Assembly (NCBI GenBank): GCA_024679065.1
Contig: JAGIQG010000007.1
Location: 65,968,001 to 66,032,000, forward strand
DNA length: 64,000 nt
Direction of reading: 5' to 3'
DNA from: Sphyrna mokarran
Lineage: Eukaryota
The position numbers and the translations under genes are program-made. Position 1 is the stretch's first letter, and every line of letters begins with the position of its first letter. Under the pieces are notes generated by a model. The model saw only the letters and a program-made list of their open reading frames with translations, was not told the origin of the DNA and searched no databases. Below are positions 1-12,844 of the stretch, one piece after another.

Positions 1-1130
1 TCTTAGTGCATTATGACACCCAGTGCTTCATTACCTGTTGAGTTACAACTGGAATTGACTGATCAATCCGAGCTCTCTGTCCTAATAGTAGAGGGTAGGT
101 TAACTGAAATAATTGAAGCTGGTTGTGTCAGGACACGATCCTGAGAACTCCTGCAGTGATATCTTGGGGTTCAGATGTCTGACCTCCAACAGTTGCAAAT
201 ACTTTCCTTCATGCAAAGGTATAATGCTGGCGAGTAGTGAGTTTTCCCCCAGATTCCTGTGGATTTCAGTTTGCTAGTGCTCCTTGATGTCAAATGCTAT
301 AGATAGTTAGTTGCTTTCATATCATATCTGGAATTCAACTCCTTGTCAAAGTTTAAAAGATTGTAATGAGATTTTGTACCATAAAGTCCAGGTGGAACCA
401 AACTACGGGCAAGTGTAATTTGTTAATATTGTTGACAGCTGCTTCCAGCACTCAATAGACTAGTGTGATGACAATTAGATCATATTTACCCTGCTTTTCA
501 TGGATAGAAATATCTAGAAAATTGTCAGGTGAATGTATTGATTTGGCTGGAGATGTGGTTAGTTCAGAAACACAAGATCAACCATTCTGGCTGAAAATGG
601 TTTCAAATGCCTTGTCTCGTCGAATTCTGTCATTAAGGATGGAATGTTGGTGGAGCTATCTTTGTGATTTTTTTTAATTGTGATTTAATGCTCCTCACTG
701 TCTAGCATGTTGCAGTCCTGTTTTGGAGCTTTACCAGATTGGCAATTTATTTTTAGGTACTCTTGCCATGTACCCTATTGTCCTCATTGAATCAAGATTG
801 GTCCCTTGGTTTTGTAGTAATGGTAAAGTGAGGGGTTACGCAAGCTATATTGATTTTGGTAGTATATAACACTACTACTGATGGCCACCAGTACATCATG
901 GATGTCTTAAGTTTGAGGATTTTGACTCTGCTGTTATGTTTCTTTAGGAATGTTAAACGTAGAGGAAGACTGATTCTTCGGCTGAACGAGGAATGATTAA
1001 TTGTAATTTGCGTAGCATTTCCTTGCCAATGTTTAATTTGATGTAATGACACTTGATGGGTACAGAGTTGATGTTGAGGGCTCCCAGGGCCATTTCCTCT
1101 GTGCTGTATTTCTTCCTGATGAACAGCTCA
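1..1130 (-). mobile_element. Decayed fragments of a CR1/L2-group LINE (family X; same family as 12845-13668 and 43190-45185)
   Basis: Reverse complement resembles endonuclease/RT segments also seen on + at 43.2-45.2 kb (e.g. gccctgggagccctcaacat); no intact ORF. Confidence 0.55.
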
Positions 1131-1132
1131 TG

Positions 1133-1972
1133 GAACAAAGAACAAAACAGCACGGGAAACAGGCCCTTCGGCCCAACGAGCCCGCACTGCCACCCCGATG
1201 TTCCTACCTCTACCCGCGATCCCTGTCCATGTTTATAGATCTATGGATTAAAAATCAAATTTGAGACAATTTAGGGAGAATTTGTTTTGCCAATTAGCCT
1301 AAGAGCACATCTTTGGGATGTGGGAGGGAAACCAGAGCACCCGGAGAAAACCCACGCAAGCACGGCGAGAACGCGCAAACTCCCACAGACACAGGCCCAA
1401 ATCCACGTATCTGCACAGCACAGTGATAGTCACTGAGCTGTTGTGCTGCCCATCAAATGGTCCAGGTGAAGCGTACACTAATGACGTGAAGCACTAGGAT
1501 ACTCTCAAAAAATCCAAGAGCAGCCCTCTTATGACCCATCGCGTGCATGCCCCTTGTTAGACAACAAGGTGAACTAAAGCACCTGTAGGATAAAAACAAG
1601 TACATCAATATCATCATCTATTTATATACTTCCCAGGGACTTCCAAAGCTCATGATCCCTATTTTAAATCAGTTTTCTATACCCCTCCATTTCCATTCTG
1701 TTCATGTGCCCATCTAAGTATTTCTTAAATAACTCCAGAGTACCTGCCTCCACCACTTTACTTGGCAGCGCATTCCATACACCCACCACCCTCTGTGTGG
1801 GAAAAAAAACTCCCTCTAGCATCCAAATTATACCTTACCCCCCTCACCCTAAGCCCAAGACCCCTCGTGCTATTTGAGTCCATCCTAGGAAAAAGTTTAA
1901 TCCTGTTTACTCTATCTATACCCCTCATAATCTTGTACACCTCTATTAGATCTCCTCTAAGTCTACGTCTTT
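1133..1972 (-). mobile_element. Young CR1 (HER1-like) LINE, subfamily A, 5'-truncated, with composite SINE-containing 3' UTR
   Basis: ORF2 C-terminus (YKIMRGIDRVNRIKLFPRMDSNSTRG) followed by a ~530-nt 3' UTR nearly identical to other copies; (TTCTTTG)n tail. Confidence 0.9.
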
Positions 1973-3116
1973 AGCCAAAGGTGGTAATAAAGATGTCTGG
2001 GACATTGGTCATATGGTATCAGATGCGTACTGCTTGAGGATTTGTCCTGTTTTGTTCTTTGTCATAGCAATTTGGTACAACTGGCCAATTCAATGGCTCA
2101 CTAAAGGTCAGCCACTTTGCTTGGTTCTGAAGGAGTGATTAATCTAGTGCTACTCCCCTGCCTTTTCCCTGCAAACGTTTCTTTTTCAGATAGTGATCCA
2201 ATTCCCTTTATGAATATGCTCGTATGGCAAGTTCAAATGCTTTTGTAGGATACTGTTGGAAACCAACCAAATGCATATACTCTAGATCGCAAATTTGTAT
2301 ATTTGGTAACTGAATACGTATACATGCCAATTTGTAAATCTTGGATTTTATCTTAGAAGCTGTACTGGAGTGAATGAGATTTTTAAATACCTCATTGCTG
2401 AAGAGAGAGGAGACTTGATGCCGAAGTTTATTATCCTATGTTCATAAGGAATAATCACAAGCATTTCAAGCGATTGCAACAATTTATGTTGCAATAGTTC
2501 AGGGTTCTGATTGGCTGGGAAATTAGCTCTGACCAAAATATTGCTATAGAGAAGCCATGGAGAGCTGTAGGCTCCCCAAACTCCTAGTGCAAGGTTTGAA
2601 AATTTTTGTTTTGTTTGCAGAAAATGTGTCCCTGCATATTACTGAATGTCACTTCTGGAAAGCATAAATGGGTTATGTTACAAGGTCAACTGATTATCTT
2701 AAATCATTTGATTAGCTATTACCTTGCATGTTACCAAATGCCTTATTTAGGTTTTATAAAGCCTTTCTGCATCTTAACTGTGTATTTTCATATTTTGAGG
2801 CCATTGTAGATTTAGACTTCAGTCAAGTGTATATTTTACAAAACCATTGTACATTTTGATCTCTGTGTGAATAACACATTGGTGTGATATGCTTACACCA
2901 GGACCATTCCAAATTAGGTTAGTTTTATTGATTTTGGTTTCAAAGTTAATTTTGGTCTGGCCTGGATGACAGTCCCATATGATGGTTGTTTTGGTTGGAG
3001 TTATTACTTTACTGTCTAATGGATAGGGCCAGGTTGGGCAGTTTGCATCAAGTTTTCTGAGATCAGGTTGCTTGATATTTCTCTCTTGGTGGGAAGAGGA
3101 GGAGAAGGAGAAACAC

Positions 3117-3475
3117 TGGTGTAGTGGTATAACGGTAATGTTGCTGGACTAGATATCATAAAGCTAGGTTGAAGCTTTAGGAATATGGATTCAAATCCCA
3201 ACATCACAGCTGGTGGAATTTGAAATCAGTTCATAAAGTCTGGAATTGCAAATTAGACTCAGTTGTGGTGACCGTGACAACTATCATTTCCTTCAGGAAA
3301 GGAAATCTGCCATCCTTACCTGATCTGACCTGCACGTGACTCCAGATCCCCAGCAATATCCTTGACTCTTAACTGTTCTTTGAAACGACCTAAAGAATTA
3401 ATCATTTTGGAGAAATTAGGAATGGGCAACAAATGCTGGTCTTTTGACACTCATATCGCATGCAAAAATGAAGAA
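3117..3475 (+). mobile_element. tRNA-derived SINE sharing its 3' tail with LINE family X
   Basis: A-box TGGTGTAGTGG, B-box-like GGATTCAAATCC, body ggaaatctgccatccttacctg, tail aattaggaatgggcaacaaatgctgg; related copies at 25375 and 41050. Confidence 0.75.
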
Positions 3476-5156
3476 AGGGATTAATTTTGGCCTAAACCCA
3501 TGTATTCAACCAAATGTTTGCATGGGGAGGGCTGTCACCTTTAGCTGTTAGATTTGCAAGAGCCCGTCTTGTTGTGGAATGGTCTTCATTTTTAGATGGA
3601 CTATCACAGCAAGCACTGAGCTTGACCTTTGGGATTGCAAGCACTTGTTATTGATTCCTGACTTATGTCTTCAATGGTTCGATATGGGAGCTGTGCAGGC
3701 CAGAATATGTATGGGAGGTTTCTACTCAAGTCATAGTCTTGGTGGGAGGAATTTCAGTGAGATTTTACTTCATCTGACAGATTTGTGGACAGTGCTAAGA
3801 AAGATGTAAACATCAAGAAAAAGATTACTTCTGTTCTCCAAAATTTCAAAACTGAGGTCTGGTGACATATGTTTTAGTTACTTTAACGTGTCTTGGATGA
3901 TCAAAAATTCCCTTTCTTCTGCCCTTTAACTGAAACTGTGTGATTTATCCTTTGGCGTATGTTAAAGCCATGTAACTAAATGGATCATTAGTGATTTTAG
4001 TTTTATTTCCACTTAAGTAAATCGCTCAAGCTGTACATAAGTTGTACAATGGAGAATTGCTCTATATTGCTGCATGTTGTCATTGATAGAAACTGTTGCA
4101 TCCTTAAAATAAAACAAGTAAACCATGTAAAGGAAGAAAAAGATAATTTTCACTTTCTGCTTTCAGTATTAGTAATTTTTGAAAAAATTCTGTTTTTCTT
4201 CCGTGCCTTTTCCTAGGTTGCACGTCAATTGAGTCAAGAGACTAGATGAGCTACTCGTGGCTTCCACCCAATACCATTTGCACAGGCAACTGAAAGTGCA
4301 AGAATAGCCTAAGATTCATTCTATTCCCTTTTTCTAATTGCCCTTCTGACACTTCCCCTCCCCCCACCACCACCTGCGCCCTTCCAGGCCTACACCTAGG
4401 GCCATATTCCATGGTGTATACTTGAAGTGGCTTAAATCCATGATATAGTTAGGACTTAAACCAGGTAGACTTTTTGAACACTGGTTTTCTCCCTCATCTG
4501 CTCCTTGGCTCCACATGTGGTGCAGTATGTTGTTTCAGCATCCTGTTCCAGTAAAAGGAAAATGTTTTTATTTGTTATTTTGATATTATGCATATTTGTA
4601 TTATGCATTGCTGTAATTTTAAATTGTATGGTGCCTCTGTGTATGGGAATAAGGTTTATATGTGGATTTTGCCATCTGGTGAATTCTTAATGTTGGCTGT
4701 GTTGGTAGCAGAAGCATTTATCTAGAGCAGAGAAAATCTTAAATCACTGGTTAATCTTGAATGCCTGTCAGCAGCTGCATTAGAATAGGTTTTTCTGGCT
4801 TTGGTTGGGATGTGAAGATCTAAGGAGACAAAAGAAAACAAAAATGAAATCCAGAATCTGGATGTTCTGCAATATTTTTGGTAGATTAGAACAAACATAT
4901 ATTCTAATGTGTTTGAAGTAGATTCTTCCAGATGCTTCTGAAATTTGCCCTTTGTGTTGAAAAAGATGCTCAATCTGCTTCTCCATCCATCTGTTTTTTT
5001 TCCTTATCACTTGTAATTTTCATAATATCCATGTGCATTTCCTTATGTTTTCAAATCAATGTATGCTTTGCATATTTATGAGCAACAAAATCAAAGTGAG
5101 GGAAAGTAGAAAATAGAGGCACTGAAATGAAAGGCTTTTATATTTTTGATATAAAA

Positions 5157-5320
5157 TGGCGACATGATAGCACACTGCTGCCTCACAGCCAGAGTCCGAA
5201 AGAAGTGCTGGTTAGGTCATTGGCCATGCAAAAGTCTCCATGTGGCGACTAGAGGATTTTCACAGTAACTTCATTTGCAGTGTTAATGTAAGCCTAATTG
5301 TGGCATTAATAAATAAACTC
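5157..5320 (+). mobile_element. Degenerate, internally deleted HE1/V-SINE variant
   Basis: tagcacactgctgcctcacagccag head; tail cacagtaacttcatttgcagtgttaatgtaagcc...aataaataaact; antisense relative at 41290-41440. Confidence 0.6.
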
Positions 5321-6769
5321 CTAAAAGAAAAGATAATTTGTGACCAAATGTTACCAACATGCAAATCAGTATTCCCATATTTCCACTTGCCAAATCCACG
5401 AAAATGAACAGATTCGAGTGGTGTAGATTCTGTAATACTTAGAGCTACTATTACAAGAGGTGCTTGAGATTTATCATGCAAGTCCACCAGCCTGAAAGTA
5501 TCACACCGCTAAATAGGTAGATCTGTTTCTACATATATTGTCCCATTTTATGTAGATCTGAGCAGTGCTGTTGGAGCAAAGCCAATTTGTAATAGTATGT
5601 CACAAATTTAACCAAGTTTTTTTGTTTACACTATGAATTTGTTGCCAAATTAGTATCAAGTATAACAACATAAGTCAGTTTATTTTTCCTTCCTATGTTA
5701 CGTCATCTTTGATTTTATAAATACAAAATAATGTTTACAAGCTGTTTGGCGTTGTAATCAAATTGTTCCTCCAATATTGCCATTGTGCAAAAGCCAAATC
5801 TTGGAGGGAGTTGTACAAAATCTGCTTTTTCATATGGATTATCAAAATGTAATTCCTATTTTTTAATCAGTAACTTGTTGAAAACAAAATTATTTTGAAG
5901 TTGATGTATTTGAAATCATTCTAAAGTTATTATGACAGTGATGTGAATATCAGCCAATTGCATCATGCCTTATTTACTGCTGAAACATGTACTTGCTGAG
6001 GCCCAGTTTTGGCTATCATGTCATTTTTTTTCTGTTAAAGAAAGGGAGTAATTTCTGAATTTACCATGCATCATATTAAATGTTTTGCATCTTAATTGAA
6101 AATGTTGTTAAAGCACCATTGAACTGTATCACCTTCCAGTTCATGCACCTGTTATGTTATAAGTCTCTGTGCTAACAGACCAAATATTTCAAGCTATTTC
6201 CTTGGTTTTGTTATTGGAGCCTAAATGAAAATACTTGATTTTGTATGCAACTACATATGTTTTCCGCTATTGTTGTATGCAGGCAGTTCTGTTCTTTTAA
6301 TTCTGAACCCTTAATTCTGCTGTAATAAATGGAATCAAAGTTGTTCCTAAAATGGAATGAATGAGATAAAGGTATATAGAGATATTTTAGGTGGTGTTTC
6401 ATGTAACAAGTATTACAAGAAAAATACATCTTACCTCAAATGAAACACGTTGCATGTACTGCTCAGGTTTCTGCTCCTCAAATAGGAAAAATACTTGAAC
6501 CTTGATATAAGTTTTTATTTTGTGGACAAAATAGTTTTTGATCTTGGAGTTTTTTTTTAATACTTTAAACTTTTTAATGCAATGTGTACTTTAAAGACTT
6601 TTAAACAGAAGATACAAGTCTGTCATCTTAATGTTCCCATCCTTGAGTCTAAAACAATTCTGGTTTTATATTTCCCTATCTTTGTAACCACCCCTAAAGC
6701 TCTCTCTTCCGCCCACCCCCATCCTCAATTAGTTACACTGATCATGACTTCTTGTGCATCTTCCCCTCC

Positions 6770-6980
6770 CAAGTATTGATAACTGATATTTGCTACTTGG
6801 GTGCTATGTTATGGAATTCTCTCCCTGTCGCCCTCATTATTCCTAGTCCCTACTCATCTTTGAACTCCCACATTGTTGACCAAGCTTTTAATCACCTCTC
6901 GAAATGTCGTCTTATAATTAGTAAGAAGTGTCTTGGAACATTTTCTCCATTATGGTGCTGTATTAAATGCAAGTTGTATT
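6770..6980 (+). mobile_element. L2 LINE 3' end fragment
   Basis: tggaattctctccct...ttgaccaagctttt...ggtgctgtattaaatgcaagttg, a typical L2 3' terminus; similar to 25200-25365 and 52770-52975. Confidence 0.65.
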
Positions 6981-7859
6981 TGCATAATTAATCGTGTGAG
7001 GAAACACTATTTTGTAATGCAGAACTGTCACTGTGTAAACTCGAGTCCTCATAGAAAATATAAACAAACTTAGACTGCAGTTTTATGTCCTTTTCCAAAT
7101 GAAAAGGATGGAAAACCAAATGGCGTATTATGCATATTCATACTGTTCAAGAAGCAATACAATCAATGGTGAATTGATTGACATTGTGTGTGCTCTATGG
7201 TTCTCTGATGCACTAGTTGCATTTTGGATAAACAACATGGTTTTTAATAGTTTAATTGGTAAAACATAGAATAAAAACCATTCACGCACAAGGGAATATA
7301 GTGTAACCTGGATTACTTGTGTTCCATGTTCAAAGAACAAAACAGCATGGGAAACAGGCCCTTTGGCCTAACGAGCCCGCACAGCCACCTCGATGTTCTC
7401 ACTTCTACCCATGATTCCTGTCATCCCTGTTTATGTTTATAGATCTATGCGTTGGAACCAAATTTGAGACAATTTAGGGAGAATTTGTTTTGCCAGTTAG
7501 CCTAAGAGCACATCTTTGGGATATGGGAGGAAACTGGAGCACCTGGAGAAAACCCACATAAGCACAGGGAGAATGCGCAAGCTCCCATAGACACGCCCAA
7601 ATCCATGTATCTGCACGGCACAGCAGTAGTCACTGAGCTGTCGTGTTGCCCATGAACTGGTCCAGGTCAAGCGTACACAAACGACGTGAAGCACTAGGAT
7701 ACTCTCAAAATCCAAGAGCAGCCCTCTCACGACCCATTGCATGTATGCCGCTTGTTAGACAAGGCGGACCCGAGTACCTGTAGGATAAAACAAATACATC
7801 AATATCATCGACAGTTTACACACTTCCCAGGGAACTCCCAAGGCTCATGATGCCTATTT

Positions 7860-10590
7860 TAAATCAGCTTTCTAATTTTTAGAATTAGAATTTTTAGAAT
7901 TTTTATCCCTCCATTTCCATTCTGTTCATGTGCCCATCTAAGTATTTCTTAAATAACTCCAGAGTGCCTGCCTCCACCACTTTACTTGGCAGCGCATTCC
8001 ATACCCCCACCACCCTCTGAAAAAAACGCCCTCTCGCATCCAAATTATACCTTACCCCCCTCACCCTAAGCCCGTGACCCCTTGTGCTATTTGAGTCCAT
8101 CCTAGGAAAAAGCTTAACCCTGTTTACTCTATCTATATGCCTCATAATCTTGTATATCTCTATTAGATCTCCTCTAAGTCTACGTCTTTCTAAGGAAACA
8201 GCCCCAATTTGCCTAACCTCTCCTCATAACTCAGACCTTCCATTACGAGGCAGCATACTGGTAAATCTCCTCTGCACTCTCTCCAGAGTCTCCATGTCCT
8301 TCTGGTAGTAAGGCGACCAGAACTGGATGCAGTATTCCAAATGAGGTCTAACCAACGTTTTATACAACTGCAACATTAAAGGGCCAGCTCTTGTACTCTG
8401 TACCCCTTCCTATAAAGGCTAGCATACTATAGGCTTTCTTCATAACCTTCTTCACCTGCTGTGCCACCTTCAGACATTTGTGCACCTGCACCCCCAGATC
8501 CCTCTGCGTTTCTATATTCTTAATAGGTCTACCGTTTATCATATACCTCCCCCCTACGTTCATTCTCCCGAAATGCATCACCTCACATTTATCAGGATTG
8601 AATTCTATCTGCCCAAGCTACCAGTCTATGACGTGCTGTATCACCTGACAAAATTCCTCACTATCTGCAAGTCCAGTCATCTTTGTATCGTCTGTAAACT
8701 TGCTGATCGTTCCACTTACTCCCTCTTCCAAGTCATTTATATATATTACAAATAGAAGAGATCCCAGTACTGAGCCTTGCGGCACACCACTAGTGATTGA
8801 CCTCCAGCTAGAAAAACACCTTTCCACTATTACTCTCTGTCTCCTATTACCAAGCCAGTTACTTATCCATCTAGCTACCTGTCCTTGTATCCTATTAGCC
8901 TTGACCTTTTAAACTAATCTTCCATGAGGGACTTTGTCACACGCCTTACTGAAATCCATATAGACAACATCAATGGCTCGCCTTTTGTCACCTCAAAAAA
9001 TTCTACCAGATTCGTAAGGCATGACCTCCCCTTAACAAAGCCATGCTGTGTATCCCTAATCAGATCGCAACGCCTTGTGCCTATACATCCTATCTCTAAG
9101 AATCCCCTCCAACAGCTTCCCTACTACTGATGTCAAACTCACTGGCCTATAATTTCCAGGGTTATCCCTACTACCCTTTTTAAACGACAGTACAACATTA
9201 GTTATTCTCCAGTCCTCTGGGACCTCACCTGTGTCCAAAGAAGAGACAAAGATTTGCGTCAGAGGCCCAGCAATTTCACTCGCGCCTCCCTAAGCAGCTT
9301 GGGATAAATGCCATCAGGCCCCGGAAATTTATCAGTTTTAATGCTGCCTAGGAGCTCTAACAATTCCTCCCTCGGTATGGTACAGTTCCCTCAGAGACAG
9401 GACCGGTCAACAAGCCCCTGTCCTTCGTGAATACTGATGCAAAGTATTCATTCAGGATCTCCCCATTCCCTCAGGCTCTAAGCGCAGTTCCCTTAAGATT
9501 TCTGATTTTTCCTCTAACCGCTCTTTTATTCCTAACATCAGAGTAAAAAGCCTTTTGATTTTCCTTAATCCTTTCCACCAAAACTATTTCATGTCCCCTT
9601 TTTGCCCTTCTAACTCCCTGTTTGAGCTCCCTCCTACTCTTTATATTCTTCCAATGCCTCCTCCGTTCCCAGCTGCTTTGACCTAACATATGCCTCTCTT
9701 TTCTTCCTAACCAAGTCCTCAGTCTCCCTAGTAATCCACAACTGTCTAATCCTACCTTTCCCATCCTTCCTCTTAGCCAGCACACATCTTTCTTGCAACG
9801 TTTTCAGTATTCCCTTGAAAGAATCCCATATGCCTAGCGTGGACTTATCCTCGAACAACCATTCTCAATCAGATTCCATAAGTTCCTGCCTAATCTGACT
9901 TAGCCTTCCCCCAATTCAGCACCCTCCCCCTAGAGCAATAAGCATCTGTTTCCTAAAGTAGACAGAATTGTGGTCACTGTTAGCCACATATTCCCCTACT
10001 AAAACATCAATCACATGCCCTGGCGCATTACTCAGAACTAAATCCAATATAGCCCCCTCTCTAATCGGACTAGCTACATACTGCTCCAATAATCCTTCTA
10101 GTACACATTTTACAAATTCTCCCCGTCCAAACCACAAGTTCTAGGTATCTTCCAATCCACCCCAGAAGATTAAAATCTCCCACTGTAACGACTCTGTTCT
10201 TTCTGCACCTATCCAAAATGTCTTTACATATGCCTCCTTCAACTATCCGCAGGCGGTTGGGTGGCCTATAATACACCCCTAGCATAGTAATCGCCCCCTT
10301 CCTATTCCTCAACTTCACCCACAGCGACTCCACTCCTAACTCCTCTATATTGTCCTCCCTCTGCACTGCTGAGATGCTCTCCCTAACTAACCTCTTCTGG
10401 ACCCTCCTTTGTCACGCCTGAAACACTTATATCCAGGAATATTCAGCTGCCACTGCTCCCCTTCCTTTAACCACGTCTCCATCACTGCAATCACATCCAA
10501 GTTCTTTGCAAACATTAAGGCCCTATGTTCATCTGTTTTTCCTGTTATGCTCCTTGCATTGAAACAGACACTCCAGACCTCCAAGCCCAT
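7860..10590 (-). pseudogene. CR1 ORF2 (endonuclease-reverse transcriptase), disrupted
   Basis: FNARSI, IAVMETWL, GVYYRPP, VGDFN, ILDLVL, PGNYRPVSLTSVVGKLLE, GVPQGSVLG, KFTDDTK motifs spread over several frames. Confidence 0.92.
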
Positions 10591-10680
10591 TCATAACTCC
10601 TTCTCCCTGGTGTATTTCCCCTCATCCAAGCTTACTCTATCTCCCATCTCGCTCCCTACTGAGCTATCTCCCTGTCCATA

Positions 10681-11554
10681 TTAGTTTAAATCCTGCCGAA
10701 ACACTCCAGCTAACCTCCAAGCTAAGATATTCACGCCCTTCCCATTCAAGTGTTCCCCATCCCTTCTATACAGGTGCCCTTCTTTCACAAATACTTCCCT
10801 GTTGTCCACAAATATGAAACCCTCTGCCCTACACCAATCCTTCAGCCACGCATTCAGCTATAGGATCTCATTTCTCCTGGCTCCGCTATTACCCGCACCT
10901 GGAAGCAGCCCTGAGATCGCCACCCTGGAGGCCCTGCTCTTCAGCCTACCCCCCAACTCCCTATACTGCCTTCGTATATCCTCCCTGCTTTTCCTTCCTA
11001 CATCCTTCTCTCCTGTGTGAATAATCACATCTGCCTGGGTCCCTTCACCCTTCAAAATGTCCTCTACCCTGAAGGACATATCTTGCACCCCTGCTCCAGG
11101 GAGGCAAACTACTATCCTGGAGTCCTGCCTTTGATCACAGAACCACCTATCTATCCCTTTAACCCTCCCATCCCCCACCACTATCTCCCGTCTATCCCCC
11201 TTTCTCTGGTATTCTGGTCCTCCTGCCTTAACTTTTTTACCCCTCCAACCTCGATATTTTGGGGGACTGCCACTGGGGAAGTCTTTGAACTATTGCCTCT
11301 CTCCTTTTTCCCTTTCCTTACAGTAACCCACCTGTAAGGGTCAGGTTCACCACCTTATTATGCCTCCCTGCCTAGTTCTCCCTGACTAAGAATATATCTT
11401 CCAATCGCTGCTCTAGTAGCTTGACCCGAGCCCTCGGACACTGCAGCTCCAAACACTTGATGCATATGTGGACTTTAGGGAGACATTTTGCATCCAGGAA
11501 CTCCCACATGTGACAGCGTATGCAGGTGAGGCGTTTTCCCATAATCCCTGCCAT
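10681..11554 (-). pseudogene. CR1 ORF1 (zinc finger/coiled coil + SGNH esterase), disrupted
   Basis: CIRCHMWEF...HICIKCLELQCPRARVKLLEQRL and VGDGRVKGIDRWFC...VVCLPGAGVQD...VIIHTGEKDVGR fragments; stop in GGATTTAAACTAA. Confidence 0.85.
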
Positions 11555-11875
11555 TATCCTGAACACAACTGGAAAACCAGCAACACCTTGCTGAAGTCCA
11601 GCGAACCAAAGCCCTCAAATTTCTCACTCTGCTCCCTGCTCACTCCACTCCTGACACTGCCCATGTCTACTGCCGCTTTCTTTTTATACTCCCCTACTCC
11701 CTTCCCAGCTACCCGCACGCCTAACTACGGCAGCAAAAAGCATTCAAAAAGAGGAAGAAAAGCAAATTGAAAATTTTTCACGCTCGGCCACCAGCACTTC
11801 CAAACATTCTGTTCCAGAGAACAATGAGCCCTTGAAATTGTGCAGTATTTGCAAATTATAGGGATGGGAGATGTT

Positions 11876-11940
11876 GCCTCAATAGCTCAGTGGTTAGAGC
11901 ACTGGTCTTGTAAGACAAAGATCAGAAGTTCAATTCTTAA
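11876..11940 (+). pseudogene. tRNA-Thr(UGU)-like pseudogene or SINE head
   Basis: gcctcaATAGCTCAGTGGTTAGAGCACTGGTCTTGTAA matches the 5' half of vertebrate tRNA-Thr(TGT); 3' anticodon stem and acceptor stem are decayed; GTTCAA B-box remains. Confidence 0.7.
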
Positions 11941-12599
11941 TTCAGAGTTGGGGTGAGTGAGGCTGTTAGCGCTGACAGAAAACTATGCTTAAACAAAAAT
12001 GCTATCAGTTGATGCAGCTAAAGCTAACCAGTTAATTCTATTAGATCACAGCTTCTTGTAATCTGCAACTCCAGCCACACAACATGTGATATAGCTGAGA
12101 AGAACAGCCTAAAACATTCCCTTGACATTAACTATGGGCCTCTAGTTATCTGGCCATCAGGTTCCCACTGCCGATTTAAAAAAAAAAATTTAGAACCTGT
12201 TTAAGGACATTCCTGTGGGGATGAGACACCCAGTTAAATGGTGAGGCAGTCTTGAATTTAAAGCTTGACTATTTGCATGATTGCTGAATGCGAGTCTATA
12301 GCTTCTTTAGTGCTCCTCTTGGCTTCTGGGAGACAGTAATTGGTTTTGGAGAAAGTGTTTTTGGCTAACTTTCTCAGGTTTGTAGCAAACTTGATGACTG
12401 GAGTTGCAGCAGGGTGGGGTGGAGCCACATATGAGCTAGTGCAGTCTGTATCTGTTGTGATGAGTACTTAAGAAAACCTTTTAATGATGAGGCGAGCAAG
12501 CAGCAGTGTATAATTTTGACTTGATTAGCTGCTGGTTTGTATACCTATATTAAGTTAGCTTTCAACCTTGCAGGCCTGTTCTGTTCAATTAGATAATAT

Positions 12600-12774
12600 G
12601 AGGTCACACAACACCTATTTATAGTCCAATAGATTTATTTGAAATCTCAAACTTTTGGAGTGCTGCTCCTTGAGGACTCCACCTGATGAGGGAGCAGTAC
12701 TCCAAAAGCTTGTGATTTCAAATAAATCTACATGGAATGGTGTTGTGTGACCTCACCCCAGTCCAACACTAGCG
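12600..12774 (+). mobile_element. Palindromic Penelope-like non-autonomous element with mutated minimal hammerhead
   Basis: gaggtcacacaacacc (12600) pairs with ggtgttgtgtgacctc (ending 12754); internal cacCTGATGAgggagcagtactccAAAAgcttgtg; accccagtccaacac tail. Confidence 0.8.
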
Positions 12775-12844
12775 TTTTTTTTCAGCTAGGTAATGACCAA
12801 TATCTTTTAACTGTATTTAACTGACCTTTCCTCTGTCATAAAGT

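Larger units (their letters stand above)
7331..11801 (-). mobile_element. Near full-length (~4.5 kb) CR1 LINE, subfamily A, frameshifted
   Basis: 5' UTR, ORF1 (Zn finger + esterase), ORF2 (APE endonuclease + RT) and composite 3' UTR, all collinear on the minus strand. Confidence 0.95.

Noticed and set aside
11876-11940. Functional tRNA-Thr gene
   Set aside because: Anticodon stem 3' strand and acceptor stem cannot pair.
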